Shown: in pieces, positions 20,210 through 30,261 of the stretch
How the letters are laid out: each line of letters opens with the position of its first letter
How positions within the stretch are numbered: the stretch's first letter is position 1
NCBI GenBank assembly: GCA_963769935.1
Contig: CAVYNY010000020.1
Span: 96,001 to 160,000, forward strand
Length of the DNA: 64,000 nt
Direction of reading: 5' to 3'
DNA from: an uncultured delta proteobacterium
GTDB taxonomy: Bacteria > Desulfobacterota > Desulfobacteria > Desulfobacterales > JAFDCJ01
The notes under the pieces: generated by a model
What the model saw: only the letters and a program-made list of their open reading frames with translations
Told to the model about the DNA's origin: nothing
Database searches by the model: none
Translations under genes and position numbers: made by a program

Positions 20210-20461
20210 TTGAATAAAATGCAGGGGCCCCCTGTTATGCAAGATAAGGGCGGGTCGCGTTCCGGCGGGGACCGGCGACAAAACCAGGAGCCCTTTCCGG
20301 GTGAAGAGAAACGATCCGGCAGAGATAGAAGAGCAGGGGGTGACCGCCGCAGCGGTCAGGCTCGCCGGAGAAGGCCGGACCGCCGAACCGGCATATGCTG
20401 GGACGGAAGTTGCATTGAACGACGGGATGCCTTTCGAGCAAGATCCGAGAAATCTTCATGA
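20210..20461 (+). CDS. Small Arg-rich DRR-repeat protein (copy 1)
   Basis: Six-residue periodic RR repeats; RBS AAGGGGAG; aligns with the ORF at 21924. Start could be 20177, 20210 or 20219. Confidence 0.65.
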   Translation: MNKMQGPPVMQDKGGSRSGGDRRQNQEPFPGEEKRSGRDRRAGGDRRSGQARRRRPDRRTGICWDGSCIERRDAFRARSEKSS

Positions 20462-20549
20462 AACGTGAAAGTATCAATGACGGCCTAGATGAAATCTCGG
20501 CCTTCACTGCTGAAGCATCGCCGAACCCTGGGAAGGAGCCCGCCAGCAA

Positions 20550-20915
20550 ATGCAATTTGAGGAACAAAGAGCCGGTAAAAGAATGAACTATGAAGCTCCG
20601 GTGATTATCGAAAACTGCCAAACAGGCGAATATTATGACGGCAGCATGTACAATTACAGTCACGGAGGCATGTATATTGAATTGGATAGCTTCCTCAGGC
20701 CCGGGTCCGACATTCGCATCGTCGTGGAAAAAGCGAAAGATTCCTCTCACAACGAATGCCGCCACGCAAAAATTATATGGTGCCGGGAAATAGCCGGGGC
20801 CGTCGTACTATACAATTACGGTGCCGGTGTGCAATATGATCCAACGGCCAAACCGGCCGACTGCCGAAAAATTTTTAAAGTAATTGAAGGTGGTGCGAGC
20901 GAGAATAAATTATAG
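20550..20915 (+). CDS. Stand-alone PilZ domain protein
   Basis: QRAGKR (RxxxR) and NYSHGG ([D/N]xSxxG) motifs, IIWC, GAGVQY. Confidence 0.85.
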   Translation: MQFEEQRAGKRMNYEAPVIIENCQTGEYYDGSMYNYSHGGMYIELDSFLRPGSDIRIVVEKAKDSSHNECRHAKIIWCREIAGAVVLYNYGAGVQYDPTAKPADCRKIFKVIEGGASENKL

Positions 20916-20958
20916 AAAATATTAAACGGCATGGTGCCGCTAAAACAGCCCCTCCAGG

Positions 20959-21026
20959 CGCCATCCGGATGGCAGCTCATCCGAGCAAAGGGCAGGGCCG
21001 TCCGACCACAAGCCATCCGGATGGCG
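20959..21026. repeat. Two copies of the perfect palindrome GCCATCCGGATGGC
   Basis: Copies at 20960-20973 and 21012-21025; together they also form a 15-bp inverted repeat. Confidence 0.8.
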
Positions 21027-21194
21027 TTCCCATAATTACTCCGCCCTGAAAAATAGCGATACCGGTTCTATGTAAAACAAATTCCTCACTCATACAATCG
21101 CTCTTGACTGTATCTATCGACGGGATTATGTCCTTGCACATATGAAATCTAAAACAGCTGTTGCAAGATCTCACCCTAAGCTCAAGGAAACCGT

Positions 21195-21845
21195 ATGCAA
21201 TTAGAAGTCACAATACCTCTTTTCCCGCTTGGGTTGGTTTTGATGCCGCAAATCCCCCTGCCGCTGCACATCTTTGAGGAACGTTATAAATTGATGATAG
21301 GTGCATGTCTAACAGAAGACAGGGAATTTGGCATCGTTTATTTGAATGCGACCGATATTCAATCGGCTGGATGCACGGCCAAAATATTGAAAGTCATTAG
21401 GCGTTATGACGACGGCCGCCTGGATATACTAACACGCGGTCAAAGACGCTTTCTAATTAAAGAAATATACGAAAACAAGGCGTATCTGGAAGCCAGGGTC
21501 ACTTACTTCGATGATGAAAGGCCGGCAGACATCAGCGGCTGTCAAGATCTGGCTGAAAAAGGAACGGCTCTTTTAAGGCAGTTCGCTTCCATCCTGGAAT
21601 TACAGGAAGGATACGATTTTACTGCGGAAATGGACTTTAAAGCCATCTCGTTTTTAATTGCGGGCTGTGAAGGATTTAGTCCCGCTGAGAAACAACGATT
21701 TCTTGAAATGACTTCAACCAGCGAGCGCCTTAAAAAAAGCGTTGATTCGCTGAAAAATATCCTTGAGAGGATGAGGATTACTGCAGAAATTCACAAAATA
21801 ATTGGCGGAAACGGCAGTAAAAAGCGCTTGAGCGGATGGGATTGA
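21195..21845 (+). CDS. LON peptidase substrate-binding (Lon N-terminal) domain protein
   Basis: IPLFPL..VLMP...LPLHIFEERYKLMI, GRLDI..RG.RRF, EKQRFLE. Confidence 0.9.
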   Translation: MQLEVTIPLFPLGLVLMPQIPLPLHIFEERYKLMIGACLTEDREFGIVYLNATDIQSAGCTAKILKVIRRYDDGRLDILTRGQRRFLIKEIYENKAYLEARVTYFDDERPADISGCQDLAEKGTALLRQFASILELQEGYDFTAEMDFKAISFLIAGCEGFSPAEKQRFLEMTSTSERLKKSVDSLKNILERMRITAEIHKIIGGNGSKKRLSGWD

Positions 21846-21923
21846 TTCTCTGACCATTTTCGATTTAGTTCGCCCGCAGCGGGATTAAATTAAGATGAAC
21901 TTGAGTTAGTTAAAAATCGATTC

Positions 21924-22181
21924 CTATTCCGAATATTTTTCTTTGAACATGCAGCGGCGTTCGATTTTTTTCCTCCTCTTCAGATTCTGCATACTCCGGC
22001 GGTCGCTGGGACTGCGGCGATGGCGAAGATTTCTTCTCTCCGGGAAATGATCGGATGAAGCAAATTGTCGACGGTCCGGTACGCGACGCCTGCCGCCCCT
22101 GTCCTTTGCATCAATGAGGCCTTCCGCTTCCGTCATTACAGCACCCTGGAACTTTTCATCCGGCATATTGGCCATGAACAT
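21924..22181 (-). CDS. Small Arg-rich DRR-repeat protein (copy 2)
   Basis: DRGGRR...DRRQ-x8-ERR...RR...DRRS...IERR..FK, colinear with copy 1; RBS AAAGGA upstream. Confidence 0.65.
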   Translation of the reverse strand: MFMANMPDEKFQGAVMTEAEGLIDAKDRGGRRRVPDRRQFASSDHFPERRNLRHRRSPSDRRSMQNLKRRKKIERRCMFKEKYSE

Positions 22182-22452
22182 CCTTTCGTTTACATTGGGG
22201 ATCCTGTTATCGAATAATATTTACCGGCCTTTGCCTTTTTTGTCAAGATCTTCTGGCAAGGAAGACTCCTTAACCCTGGACAGAGCAAAGCAATAGCGAA
22301 AATTTTCGTACGGGTCCACCCCACCGGCGGGGTCATCTATCGCGGGAGTTTTTGAGGTGCGCCTTTCGCTCATGGTTAAGCTCAGTCCAGGTGTAGCGGC
22401 CAATCAACTACTTGCGATGATTCCGGTGTAACTTCTTCAACGCGCCCATGTC

Positions 22453-22968
22453 TTAAACCAGTTTCTTGACCGCGCCAAGCGCGGCTTTGTAATCCGGCTC
22501 TTCCGTCACTTCTTTGACCAGCTGAAGGTATTGAATGACCCCGTTCTGATCCACGACAAAAACCGCCCTGGCCAGCAGGCGCAGCTCTTTAATCAAAAGA
22601 CCGGTTGCTTCACCGAAGGCGGCGTTGCGGTGATCGGATAAAGTAACCACTTTGTCAATTCCGGCCGCCCCGCACCAACGTGCCTGGGCAAAAGGTAGAT
22701 CCATGCTCAAAGTAAGGATCGCCACTTTATCGCCAAGACCACCGGCCGCCTCGTTGAACTTGCGGGTTTGCATGTCGCACACCGGGGTGTCCAGGGATGG
22801 CACAACCGATACGACGCATACCTTTCCCCGGTATGCAGAGAGCCGGACCGGGCTCAGATCATTTCCCAGTACGGTAACGTCCGGTGCTTTATCTCCGACT
22901 TTAAGTTCATTCCCAACCAGTGTCAACGGACTGCCTTTAAAGGTTATAACTCCGGTTCGTTCTTGCAT
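22453..22968 (-). CDS. tpx: Thiol peroxidase Tpx
   Basis: TFKG.PLTL.G, VPSLDTPVC, SMDLPFAQARWC, LLARAVFV, EPDY. Confidence 0.95.
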   Translation of the reverse strand: MQERTGVITFKGSPLTLVGNELKVGDKAPDVTVLGNDLSPVRLSAYRGKVCVVSVVPSLDTPVCDMQTRKFNEAAGGLGDKVAILTLSMDLPFAQARWCGAAGIDKVVTLSDHRNAAFGEATGLLIKELRLLARAVFVVDQNGVIQYLQLVKEVTEEPDYKAALGAVKKLV

Positions 22969-23208
22969 TTTATGTTTCCTTTTCAATTGTAAGTTTTCAT
23001 CAAGGTAAGGACATTTTAGTGCAAATCAAGTTGGCCTTGTGTTTGAGTCTGACAATACCGCGTTCAACGATTTTAACACCGCTTCCGTTGTTCAATCCTT
23101 CACCTACACAAAATTCCTGTGGCCGACTTGACTCTCGCCATTCCAACCATAAGTTTAGATAATCATAAATCGACATTCTGTCAAAAAATGGAAGAAAGCG
23201 AGTTAGGC

Positions 23209-24675
23209 ATGCCAAAATACGACTACGACATTGGTGTCATCGGCGCGGGCGCAGCCGGGTTGACGGTTGCATCCGGATCGGCCCAGCTAGGAGCCAAAAC
23301 TCTGCTGATTGAAAAGGAAAAGGAGCTGGGCGGAGATTGTCTTCATTTTGGCTGTGTGCCCAGCAAAACCCTGATAAAGACGGCCCACGTTTATTCTTTG
23401 ATGCAAAATTCCAGCAAATTCGGTTTGCCGCCGGTGCTGCTGCCGCCGGTGGATTTTAAGGAGGTTTCCAAAAGGATAAGATCGGTGATCGACGCCATTC
23501 AACACCATGACTCGAAGGAGCGCTTTTGCAGACTTGGCGCTCAGGTTGAGTTCGGCCGGCCGACTTTCACCGATGAACACAGCATTCGGTTGAACAGCAA
23601 CAATTATTCCGCCAAAACCTGGGTCATTGCCACCGGATCTTCGCCCGCTGCACCTCCCATCAAAGGATTAGATAGAACGCCTTACATTACCAATCGGGAA
23701 ATTTTCGCCCTTGACCATCTGCCGAAATCCATGATTATTCTGGGAGGCGGACCGATCGGCAGTGAAATGTCACAGGCGTTTTGCCGGCTGGGGACCAAGG
23801 TTACCGTGGTGAATCGACCCCCCCAGATTCTGGCCAAAGAAGATTCGGATATGGCAGACGCCGTCAAGGATGTTCTCAGTTCTGAAGGCGTGGAATTTTA
23901 TCTTAGTTCTTCCATCGAGGAAGTCAGAGATCTCGGCCGGGATAAAGAGGTCAGGATCAAAACACAGCAGGGCAGCCTGATCAGCCTGAAGGCCGAAACG
24001 ATTCTGGTGGCCCTGGGACGGGATGCCAATACAGATGGTCTCGCACTGGAAGATGCCGGCGTAAAATTCGATCGTCGGGGAATAAACGTCGACAATCGTC
24101 TGCGAACCAATCTCAAACACATTTATGCTGCCGGCGATATTAACGGCGGCTTTCAATTTACTCATGCCGCCGGGTATGAAGGCGGCATTGTGGTGAGCAA
24201 TGCCGTCTTCCGCCTTCCGCGCAAGGCTGACTATACCTTTATGCCCTGGTGCACCTATACCGATCCGCCGCTGGGCAGCATCGGCATGAATGAAAAAAGT
24301 GCCAGGGCCGCCGGAATCGACTATAAAGTCTGGACGGAAGAATTCAAGGACAACGATCGCAGCCTGGCCGAAGGCGAAACGGTCGGTAAAATCAAAATGA
24401 TACTTGACGACAAGGAAAAACCTATCGGTGTTCAGATTTTAGGGCCCCATGCCGGAGACCTCATCTGTGAATGGGTGGCTGTACTGAATGGGAAAGTAAA
24501 ACTCTCCACCCTGGCGGCTGCCATTCATCCCTATCCGACCATCGGAGAGATCAATAAAAAAGTTGCCGGCTCCTACTTTTCTCCGAAAATATTCTCGGAA
24601 AAAGTACAAAAAGGATTGAAGTTTTTCTTCCATCTGAAAGGCAGAGCCTGCGCGGAGGATGCTTGCGGTGGATAG
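23209..24675 (+). CDS. Class I pyridine nucleotide-disulfide oxidoreductase (mercuric reductase/dihydrolipoamide dehydrogenase-like)
   Basis: GAGAAG, GGDCLHFGCVPSK, ATGS, GGGPIG, IYAAGD, IHPYPT. Confidence 0.9.
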   Translation: MPKYDYDIGVIGAGAAGLTVASGSAQLGAKTLLIEKEKELGGDCLHFGCVPSKTLIKTAHVYSLMQNSSKFGLPPVLLPPVDFKEVSKRIRSVIDAIQHHDSKERFCRLGAQVEFGRPTFTDEHSIRLNSNNYSAKTWVIATGSSPAAPPIKGLDRTPYITNREIFALDHLPKSMIILGGGPIGSEMSQAFCRLGTKVTVVNRPPQILAKEDSDMADAVKDVLSSEGVEFYLSSSIEEVRDLGRDKEVRIKTQQGSLISLKAETILVALGRDANTDGLALEDAGVKFDRRGINVDNRLRTNLKHIYAAGDINGGFQFTHAAGYEGGIVVSNAVFRLPRKADYTFMPWCTYTDPPLGSIGMNEKSARAAGIDYKVWTEEFKDNDRSLAEGETVGKIKMILDDKEKPIGVQILGPHAGDLICEWVAVLNGKVKLSTLAAAIHPYPTIGEINKKVAGSYFSPKIFSEKVQKGLKFFFHLKGRACAEDACGG

Positions 24676-24695
24676 GGACAGTTAAGGATCATAAC

Positions 24696-26273
24696 ATGGC
24701 AAATAGCTACCATAGCCCGCGGGTCAAAACAGAAGTCACTGCATCCGTCAGCGCACCGGATCTGGGAATTGATGCCGCAGAATGTATTGCTCCCGAAAGC
24801 ACCGACCCTTGCACCATCGTAATTCTGGGAGCAACCGGCGATTTGACCGCCCGCAAGCTGATACCGGCTCTTTATAATCTCTATCTCAATGACGGCTTGC
24901 CGCAGCCTTTTCAAATTGTCGGTTGCGGCCGGACAAAATTAGACGATCTTGAATTCCGCCATGCGATGCAGGCCGCCGTGCAAACGACCGGCAGGCCGGA
25001 TCAAAACAAGTGGCCCACCTTCGCAAAGGCCCTGCACTACCGCAGCATTGACTATGAGGACCTCGAATCCTATCACAGGCTGGCCGAGGCCTTGAGAGAC
25101 ATCGACCGTGAAAAAAATACCCTGGGAAACCGGATATTTTATGTTGCCTTGCCGCCGGCGCTTTATCATACCGTGGCCCAGATGATCGGCCGCGCCGGGC
25201 TGAGCGCCGAAATGCGCAACCATAACGGATGGTCCCGCATCGTTGTGGAAAAACCCTTCGGCACCGATTTGCAGACGGCTCAGGAGCTGGATCGCCGTCT
25301 TCATGAACATTTCCGGGAGAACCAGATTTTCAGAATCGACCACTACCTGGCCAAAGAGACGGTCCAGAATGTACTGATGTTTCGTTTTGCGAACTCGCTT
25401 TTTGAACCCATCTGGAATCGAAGATATGTCGATCACGTGAGTATCACGGCCATCGAGACCCTCGGCGTAGAACATCGAGCCGGCTATTACGAACGAACCG
25501 GCGTCTTGCGCGATATGTTTCAAAATCACATGATGCAGTTGTTGGCCCTGATCGCAATGGAACCCCCGTCCCGGTTTAAAGATGAACTGGTGCGGGATGA
25601 AAAAAGCAAGGTATTTTCCGCTCTCAGGCCCTTTCAGACTGACGATTTGGAAAATTATCTGATTCTTGCTCAGTACGGGGCCGGTGTCATCGACAACCAA
25701 CCGGTCCCCGCCTATCGGGCAGAACCGAACGTTGATTCCAATTCTCTGACGCCGACCTATGCCAGGATGAAAGTCTTTCTGGACAACTGGCGCTGGCAGG
25801 GCGTTCCGTTTTACCTGACTTCCGGCAAACGGCTGGCTGAAAAAAAAACCGAAATTGTGATTCAGTTTAAAACCGTCCCCCATTCATTGTTCCGCCACAT
25901 CCTCGGGGAAACCATTCTGGCCAACCGTTTAATCATGGGGATCTATCCGAATGAAAAGATAACGCTCTCGTTTCAAACCAAAAACCCGGGGGCCCGGGTC
26001 TGCCTGCGCACGGTCACCATGGATTTTCATTACCAGCAAAACTATTCAGGTCCGGTTCTGGATGCTTATGAAAAGGTTTTAATCGATTGCATGCTGGGCG
26101 ATCAAATGCTTTTCTGGCGACAGGACGCCGTTGAGAGAAGCTGGTCATTTTTAACTCCCATCCTGGACCGCTGTGAGGCCTGTGACGACCAGTGTCGCAT
26201 GCTGCATTTTTACCCGGCCGGCAGCAGGGGACCAACTGCCGCCGAAGGATTATTCGGGGAATCGGAAGGATAA
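24696..26273 (+). CDS. zwf: Glucose-6-phosphate 1-dehydrogenase
   Basis: GATGDL..RKL.PAL, EKPFG, RIDHYLAKE, RDMFQNH, RWQGVPFY. Confidence 0.96.
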   Translation: MANSYHSPRVKTEVTASVSAPDLGIDAAECIAPESTDPCTIVILGATGDLTARKLIPALYNLYLNDGLPQPFQIVGCGRTKLDDLEFRHAMQAAVQTTGRPDQNKWPTFAKALHYRSIDYEDLESYHRLAEALRDIDREKNTLGNRIFYVALPPALYHTVAQMIGRAGLSAEMRNHNGWSRIVVEKPFGTDLQTAQELDRRLHEHFRENQIFRIDHYLAKETVQNVLMFRFANSLFEPIWNRRYVDHVSITAIETLGVEHRAGYYERTGVLRDMFQNHMMQLLALIAMEPPSRFKDELVRDEKSKVFSALRPFQTDDLENYLILAQYGAGVIDNQPVPAYRAEPNVDSNSLTPTYARMKVFLDNWRWQGVPFYLTSGKRLAEKKTEIVIQFKTVPHSLFRHILGETILANRLIMGIYPNEKITLSFQTKNPGARVCLRTVTMDFHYQQNYSGPVLDAYEKVLIDCMLGDQMLFWRQDAVERSWSFLTPILDRCEACDDQCRMLHFYPAGSRGPTAAEGLFGESEG

Positions 26274-26971
26274 TGGAAGCAGCCGGCAGTGAAATGACAA
26301 AGGATCGCAGCAAAGCAATCATAAAAGCATTATTTTTACTGCTTTTTGTCGTGGCGGCCGTTATTCTGGTCCGCTACACACCCATAAAGAACTATTTGAC
26401 GGCCGATGCGCTCGGACGTTTTCTGGCGACGGCCGGCTTCTGGGCGCCGGCGGTCTTCATACTGATTTATACGGCCGGGGTATGTTTGTTTCTGCCGGGT
26501 ACACTTCTGACCGGCCTGGGGGCCGCCATCTTCGGTGCGTACCGGGGTTTTATCTTCGTGTGGCTCGGTGCCATGGCCGGTGCCAGCTTGGCTTTTTTAA
26601 TCGGGCGAACTCTCGGCCGCGAATTCGCTGCCTCCCTGATTGGCGACAAATTGAAAAAATATGACGACGCCATCGAACGCAACGGATTTGCTACTGTATT
26701 ATACCTGCGGCTGGTGTATTTCCCATTCACGCCCATGAATTTCGGCATGGGGTTAACCAAGGTTCATTTTCGGGATTATTTTTTGGGGACCGGTCTGGGT
26801 ATCATTGTCGGAACTTTCATATTCACGTTTTTCATCGGAACATTGAAAGAAGTCTGGGCATCCGGCAACTGGGCGGAATTGATATCTTTTAAAGTATTTT
26901 TCTCCATCGGACTTTTTATTTTTTCCTTCTTCATTCCCAAAATCATCAAAAGGATCAAACGCGAAGGATGA
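26273..26971 (+). CDS. TVP38/TMEM64 (VTT/DedA superfamily) membrane protein
   Basis: LPGTLLT...AAIFG, AFLIGR.LGR, LRL..FPF..MN; start overlaps the zwf stop (TAATG); 26294 is an alternative start. Confidence 0.88.
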   Translation: MEAAGSEMTKDRSKAIIKALFLLLFVVAAVILVRYTPIKNYLTADALGRFLATAGFWAPAVFILIYTAGVCLFLPGTLLTGLGAAIFGAYRGFIFVWLGAMAGASLAFLIGRTLGREFAASLIGDKLKKYDDAIERNGFATVLYLRLVYFPFTPMNFGMGLTKVHFRDYFLGTGLGIIVGTFIFTFFIGTLKEVWASGNWAELISFKVFFSIGLFIFSFFIPKIIKRIKREG

Positions 26972-27960
26972 AAAAAATACTCGCTGCCGACATCGGCGGG
27001 ACCCATAGCCGGTTTGCCTATTTTCAGATTGACGGAAACGGCGCTCTTTCTCTGGTCGAAAGCCGGTGGATCGATACGGCCAAGGCAACTTCTTTATCCC
27101 ATTTGCTGAGCCTGCTGCAAGAAACCACCTTTTCCCTGCCCCTTGACCAAAGCGATGTCGCCGTTCTGGCTGTCGCCGGACCGGTAATTAAAGGGGTCTA
27201 CAGCAATCCGCCCAACATCGCCTGGGACGTTGATGTTTCCAACAGCGCTCAGGATTTTAAACTGAGGCACTGCCGGCTGATCAATGACTTCGCGGCCCAG
27301 GCTTACGCCTGCCGCTCACCGGTTGCGGATTCCGCCCGGCAGGTGGTTTCAGGGCACATCGACCCGGACGCAACCCTGGCGGTCATCGGGGCCGGGACCG
27401 GCCTGGGAATGGCCGCCCTCACACCCGATGGCGCCGGCGGATTCGTGGCCGTGCCGTCCGAAGGCGGTCACAGTGCCCTGCCTTTTGAGTCGCCGGCGGA
27501 GTTCGATTTCATGAAATTTCTAATACACGAGCTCGAAATTTCCTATGTGGAAACCGAATTTGTCGTTTCGGGGGGCGGCTTGAGCCTGATTCACCAGTTT
27601 CTTTCCGGTGAAAAATTGACACCGGCCGAGGTTGGTTCCAGCGTTTCGCAAGATTCAGACACGGTGCGGTGGATGGCGCGTTTTTATGCTCGGGCCTGCC
27701 GCAACTACGCCCTGCAGGTGCTGGCCCGGGGCGGCGTGTACATTGCCGGCGGCGTGGCCGCGAAAGAACCTGTCCTGGTAACCCATCCGGAATTCGAACT
27801 GCAATTTCGCAACTCAAAAACGATGCGGCCCATGCTGGAATCAATCCCCGTCTTTTTAAACACAAACGAAGAAAGCGGATTATGGGGTGCCGCTTATTTC
27901 GCTGCCCAAACATTAAAGCAACAGGGGCATTCCAAGCCGAGCATTAAACAATCGAAGTAA
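26968..27960 (+). CDS. glk: Glucokinase
   Basis: ADIGGT, AVAGPV, LINDF.AQA, GAGTGLG, PSEGGH, GGVYIAGG. Confidence 0.93.
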   Translation: MKKILAADIGGTHSRFAYFQIDGNGALSLVESRWIDTAKATSLSHLLSLLQETTFSLPLDQSDVAVLAVAGPVIKGVYSNPPNIAWDVDVSNSAQDFKLRHCRLINDFAAQAYACRSPVADSARQVVSGHIDPDATLAVIGAGTGLGMAALTPDGAGGFVAVPSEGGHSALPFESPAEFDFMKFLIHELEISYVETEFVVSGGGLSLIHQFLSGEKLTPAEVGSSVSQDSDTVRWMARFYARACRNYALQVLARGGVYIAGGVAAKEPVLVTHPEFELQFRNSKTMRPMLESIPVFLNTNEESGLWGAAYFAAQTLKQQGHSKPSIKQSK

Positions 27961-28082
27961 AAAGGAAGTTTTGCCTTTTTTTAAGGTCTGAAGCTAGCCC
28001 GAAATATAATGGACGAGCTTACATTATGATGCTATAGCAGGCATAATTGTTTGAATGCTGAAAAAGATCTCGGAGGAAATTC

Positions 28083-28775
28083 ATGGCAACTCAGGATGAA
28101 TTGAAGCAGAAAGCCGCATTTCGTGCCGTGGAATTTGTAAAATCAGGCATGGTGGTCGGCCTCGGCAGCGGCAGCACGGCTACCTTCGCCGTCCAGCGCA
28201 TAGCAGCGCGCATCGAGGCCGGCGAATTGGAACGCATCGTCGGGATACCCAGCTCGGATAAGACCGAGCGTCTGGCGCAACAACTGGGAATACCGCTGAC
28301 CGGTTTTGAGCAACAGCAGCAGATTGACATTACCATCGACGGGGCGGACGAAGTGGATCCGGATCTGAATCTGATCAAAGGCGGCGGCGGCGCTTTGCTG
28401 AGGGAAAAAGTGGTGGCTCAGGCCAGCCATCGCAACATTATAATTGTCGATGAAAGTAAATTGTCTAATAAACTGGGTACCAAGTGGGCGGTGCCAATTG
28501 AAGTCATCACCTTTGCCAGCAAGGTAGAAGAAATTTTTCTGAAATCTTTAGGCGCATCCGTTACCACCCGCTGCCTTGAAGACGGGAAATTTTTTAAAAC
28601 AGATCAAAACAACCTGATTTTGGATGCCGACTTCGGATCGATAAATGATCCCGCAGGATTAGCGGCCCTGCTCGTGAACCGGGCAGGTATCGTTGAGCAC
28701 GGACTTTTTCTGGGGCTGGCCACCGATGTCATCGTTGCCGGAGCAGAAAGCATCCGGCATTTAAAGCGCAAATGA
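28083..28775 (+). CDS. rpiA: Ribose-5-phosphate isomerase A
   Basis: GLGSGST, DGADEVD, IKGGGGALLREK, GIVEHGLF. Confidence 0.97.
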   Translation: MATQDELKQKAAFRAVEFVKSGMVVGLGSGSTATFAVQRIAARIEAGELERIVGIPSSDKTERLAQQLGIPLTGFEQQQQIDITIDGADEVDPDLNLIKGGGGALLREKVVAQASHRNIIIVDESKLSNKLGTKWAVPIEVITFASKVEEIFLKSLGASVTTRCLEDGKFFKTDQNNLILDADFGSINDPAGLAALLVNRAGIVEHGLFLGLATDVIVAGAESIRHLKRK

Positions 28776-28949
28776 AACCAGATAATCATCAAAAGACGTT
28801 CCCGAGCGGTCGCAGAAATTTTTTCAGCAAAACCATTCACCATATTGATGAAGTCCACAAGATAAACGATCCGCCATGAATCGCTTGCAAATGGAAGGAG
28901 GAGATTTAAAGCACAAGGTACCGGACATTTGATTATAAGGAAATATACG

Positions 28950-30174
28950 ATGGCAACTGAAGGAATAATAGTAAAAAATGCTGATGGTTCCCTGAATGTA
29001 CCTGAAAATCCGATCATTCCCTTTATCGAAGGGGACGGCATCGGCCCGGACATCTGGCGGGCGGCCCGGTTGGTAATGGACAGCGCCGTTGAAAAGGCTT
29101 ACGCCGGCCGGCGAAAAATCATCTGGCGGGAGGTGATGGCCGGGGAAAAAAGTTTTCAGCAAACGGGCGCCTGGCTTCCCGATGAAACGCTGGATGCAAT
29201 TGAAAAGCATGCAGTGGCAATTAAGGGCCCGATGACCACCCCGGTGGGCAAGGGCATCAGAAGCCTCAATGTCGCCATTCGCCAGAAATTGGATCTCTAT
29301 GCGTGTGTGCGGCCCGTAAAGTACATCGATCCTGTGCCCAGCCCCATGAAACATCCCGAAAAAATCGACATGGTGGTTTTCCGGGAAAACACCGAAGACT
29401 TGTATGCCGGCATCGAATACCAGGCCGGCAGCACTGAAGCCGAAAAAGTCAGAGCTTTCCTGAATGATCAGATGGGCACGGATCTGCCGCCGGATGCAGG
29501 GTTGGGGATCAAACCCATCAGCGCTCGGAAAACCAAACGCCTGGTGGCCAGGGCCATTGCCCATGCGATTGACAGCGGGTATTCCAGTGTCACGCTGATG
29601 CACAAGGGCAATATTATGAAGTTTACCGAAGGTGCCTTTGCAAAATGGGGCTACGAACTCGCCCGCGAAAAATTTGGCGACCGAACGATCACGGAAAAAG
29701 AACTGTATGACGACTATCAGGGCAAGGTGCCTGCACGGCAAGCTGGTAATCAAGGATCGCATCGCGGATATGCTGTTTCAGCAGGTCCTGCTGCGCCCCG
29801 CGGAGTTTGGGGTGATTGCCACACCCAATTTGAACGGTGACTATCTGTCTGACGCCTTGGCCGCGCAGGTCGGCGGATTGGGGATGGCGCCGGGCGCCAA
29901 TATCGGCGACCGCTGCGCGGTTTTTGAAGCCACCCACGGAACCGCACCCAAGTACGCCGGTCTGGACAAGGTCAATCCGAGTTCCCTTATTCTGTCGGGC
30001 GCCATGATGTTCGATTACCTGGGTTGGCGCGAAACTGCCGCTGCAATTCGACAGGCCCTGCAGGCCACCATCAGGGCCGGCATCGTAACCTATGACCTGG
30101 CGCGTCAGATCGAAGGTTCCACCGAAGTCAAATGCTCGGCGTTTGCGCAGGCGATTGCGGCACGTTTGGCCTGA
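28950..30174 (+). CDS. icd: NADP-dependent isocitrate dehydrogenase (one frameshift near 29735)
   Basis: [32 protein letters not shown] in the first frame; [27 protein letters not shown] in the second. Confidence 0.93.
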
Positions 30175-30261
30175 TATAAGATGACCGGCAGCGAATAAAT
30201 TTGAAGCCCGAGCAAATGGTTTCAGGTGTCGGGTTTCAGTTCCGCCGTTGGAGGCAATCGG

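Noticed and set aside
20977..21174. 65-aa minus-strand ORF over the twin palindromes
   Set aside because: No RBS or motif support; it overlaps the likely promoter region of the Lon-N gene.
23209..24675. Calling the oxidoreductase merA or lpdA
   Set aside because: No vicinal C-terminal CC, NmerA domain or mer genes, and no 2-oxoacid dehydrogenase genes; left at family level.
28950..30174. Programmed frameshifting in icd or the other split genes
   Set aside because: No slippery heptamer plus stimulator at the breakpoints; indel errors are the simpler explanation.
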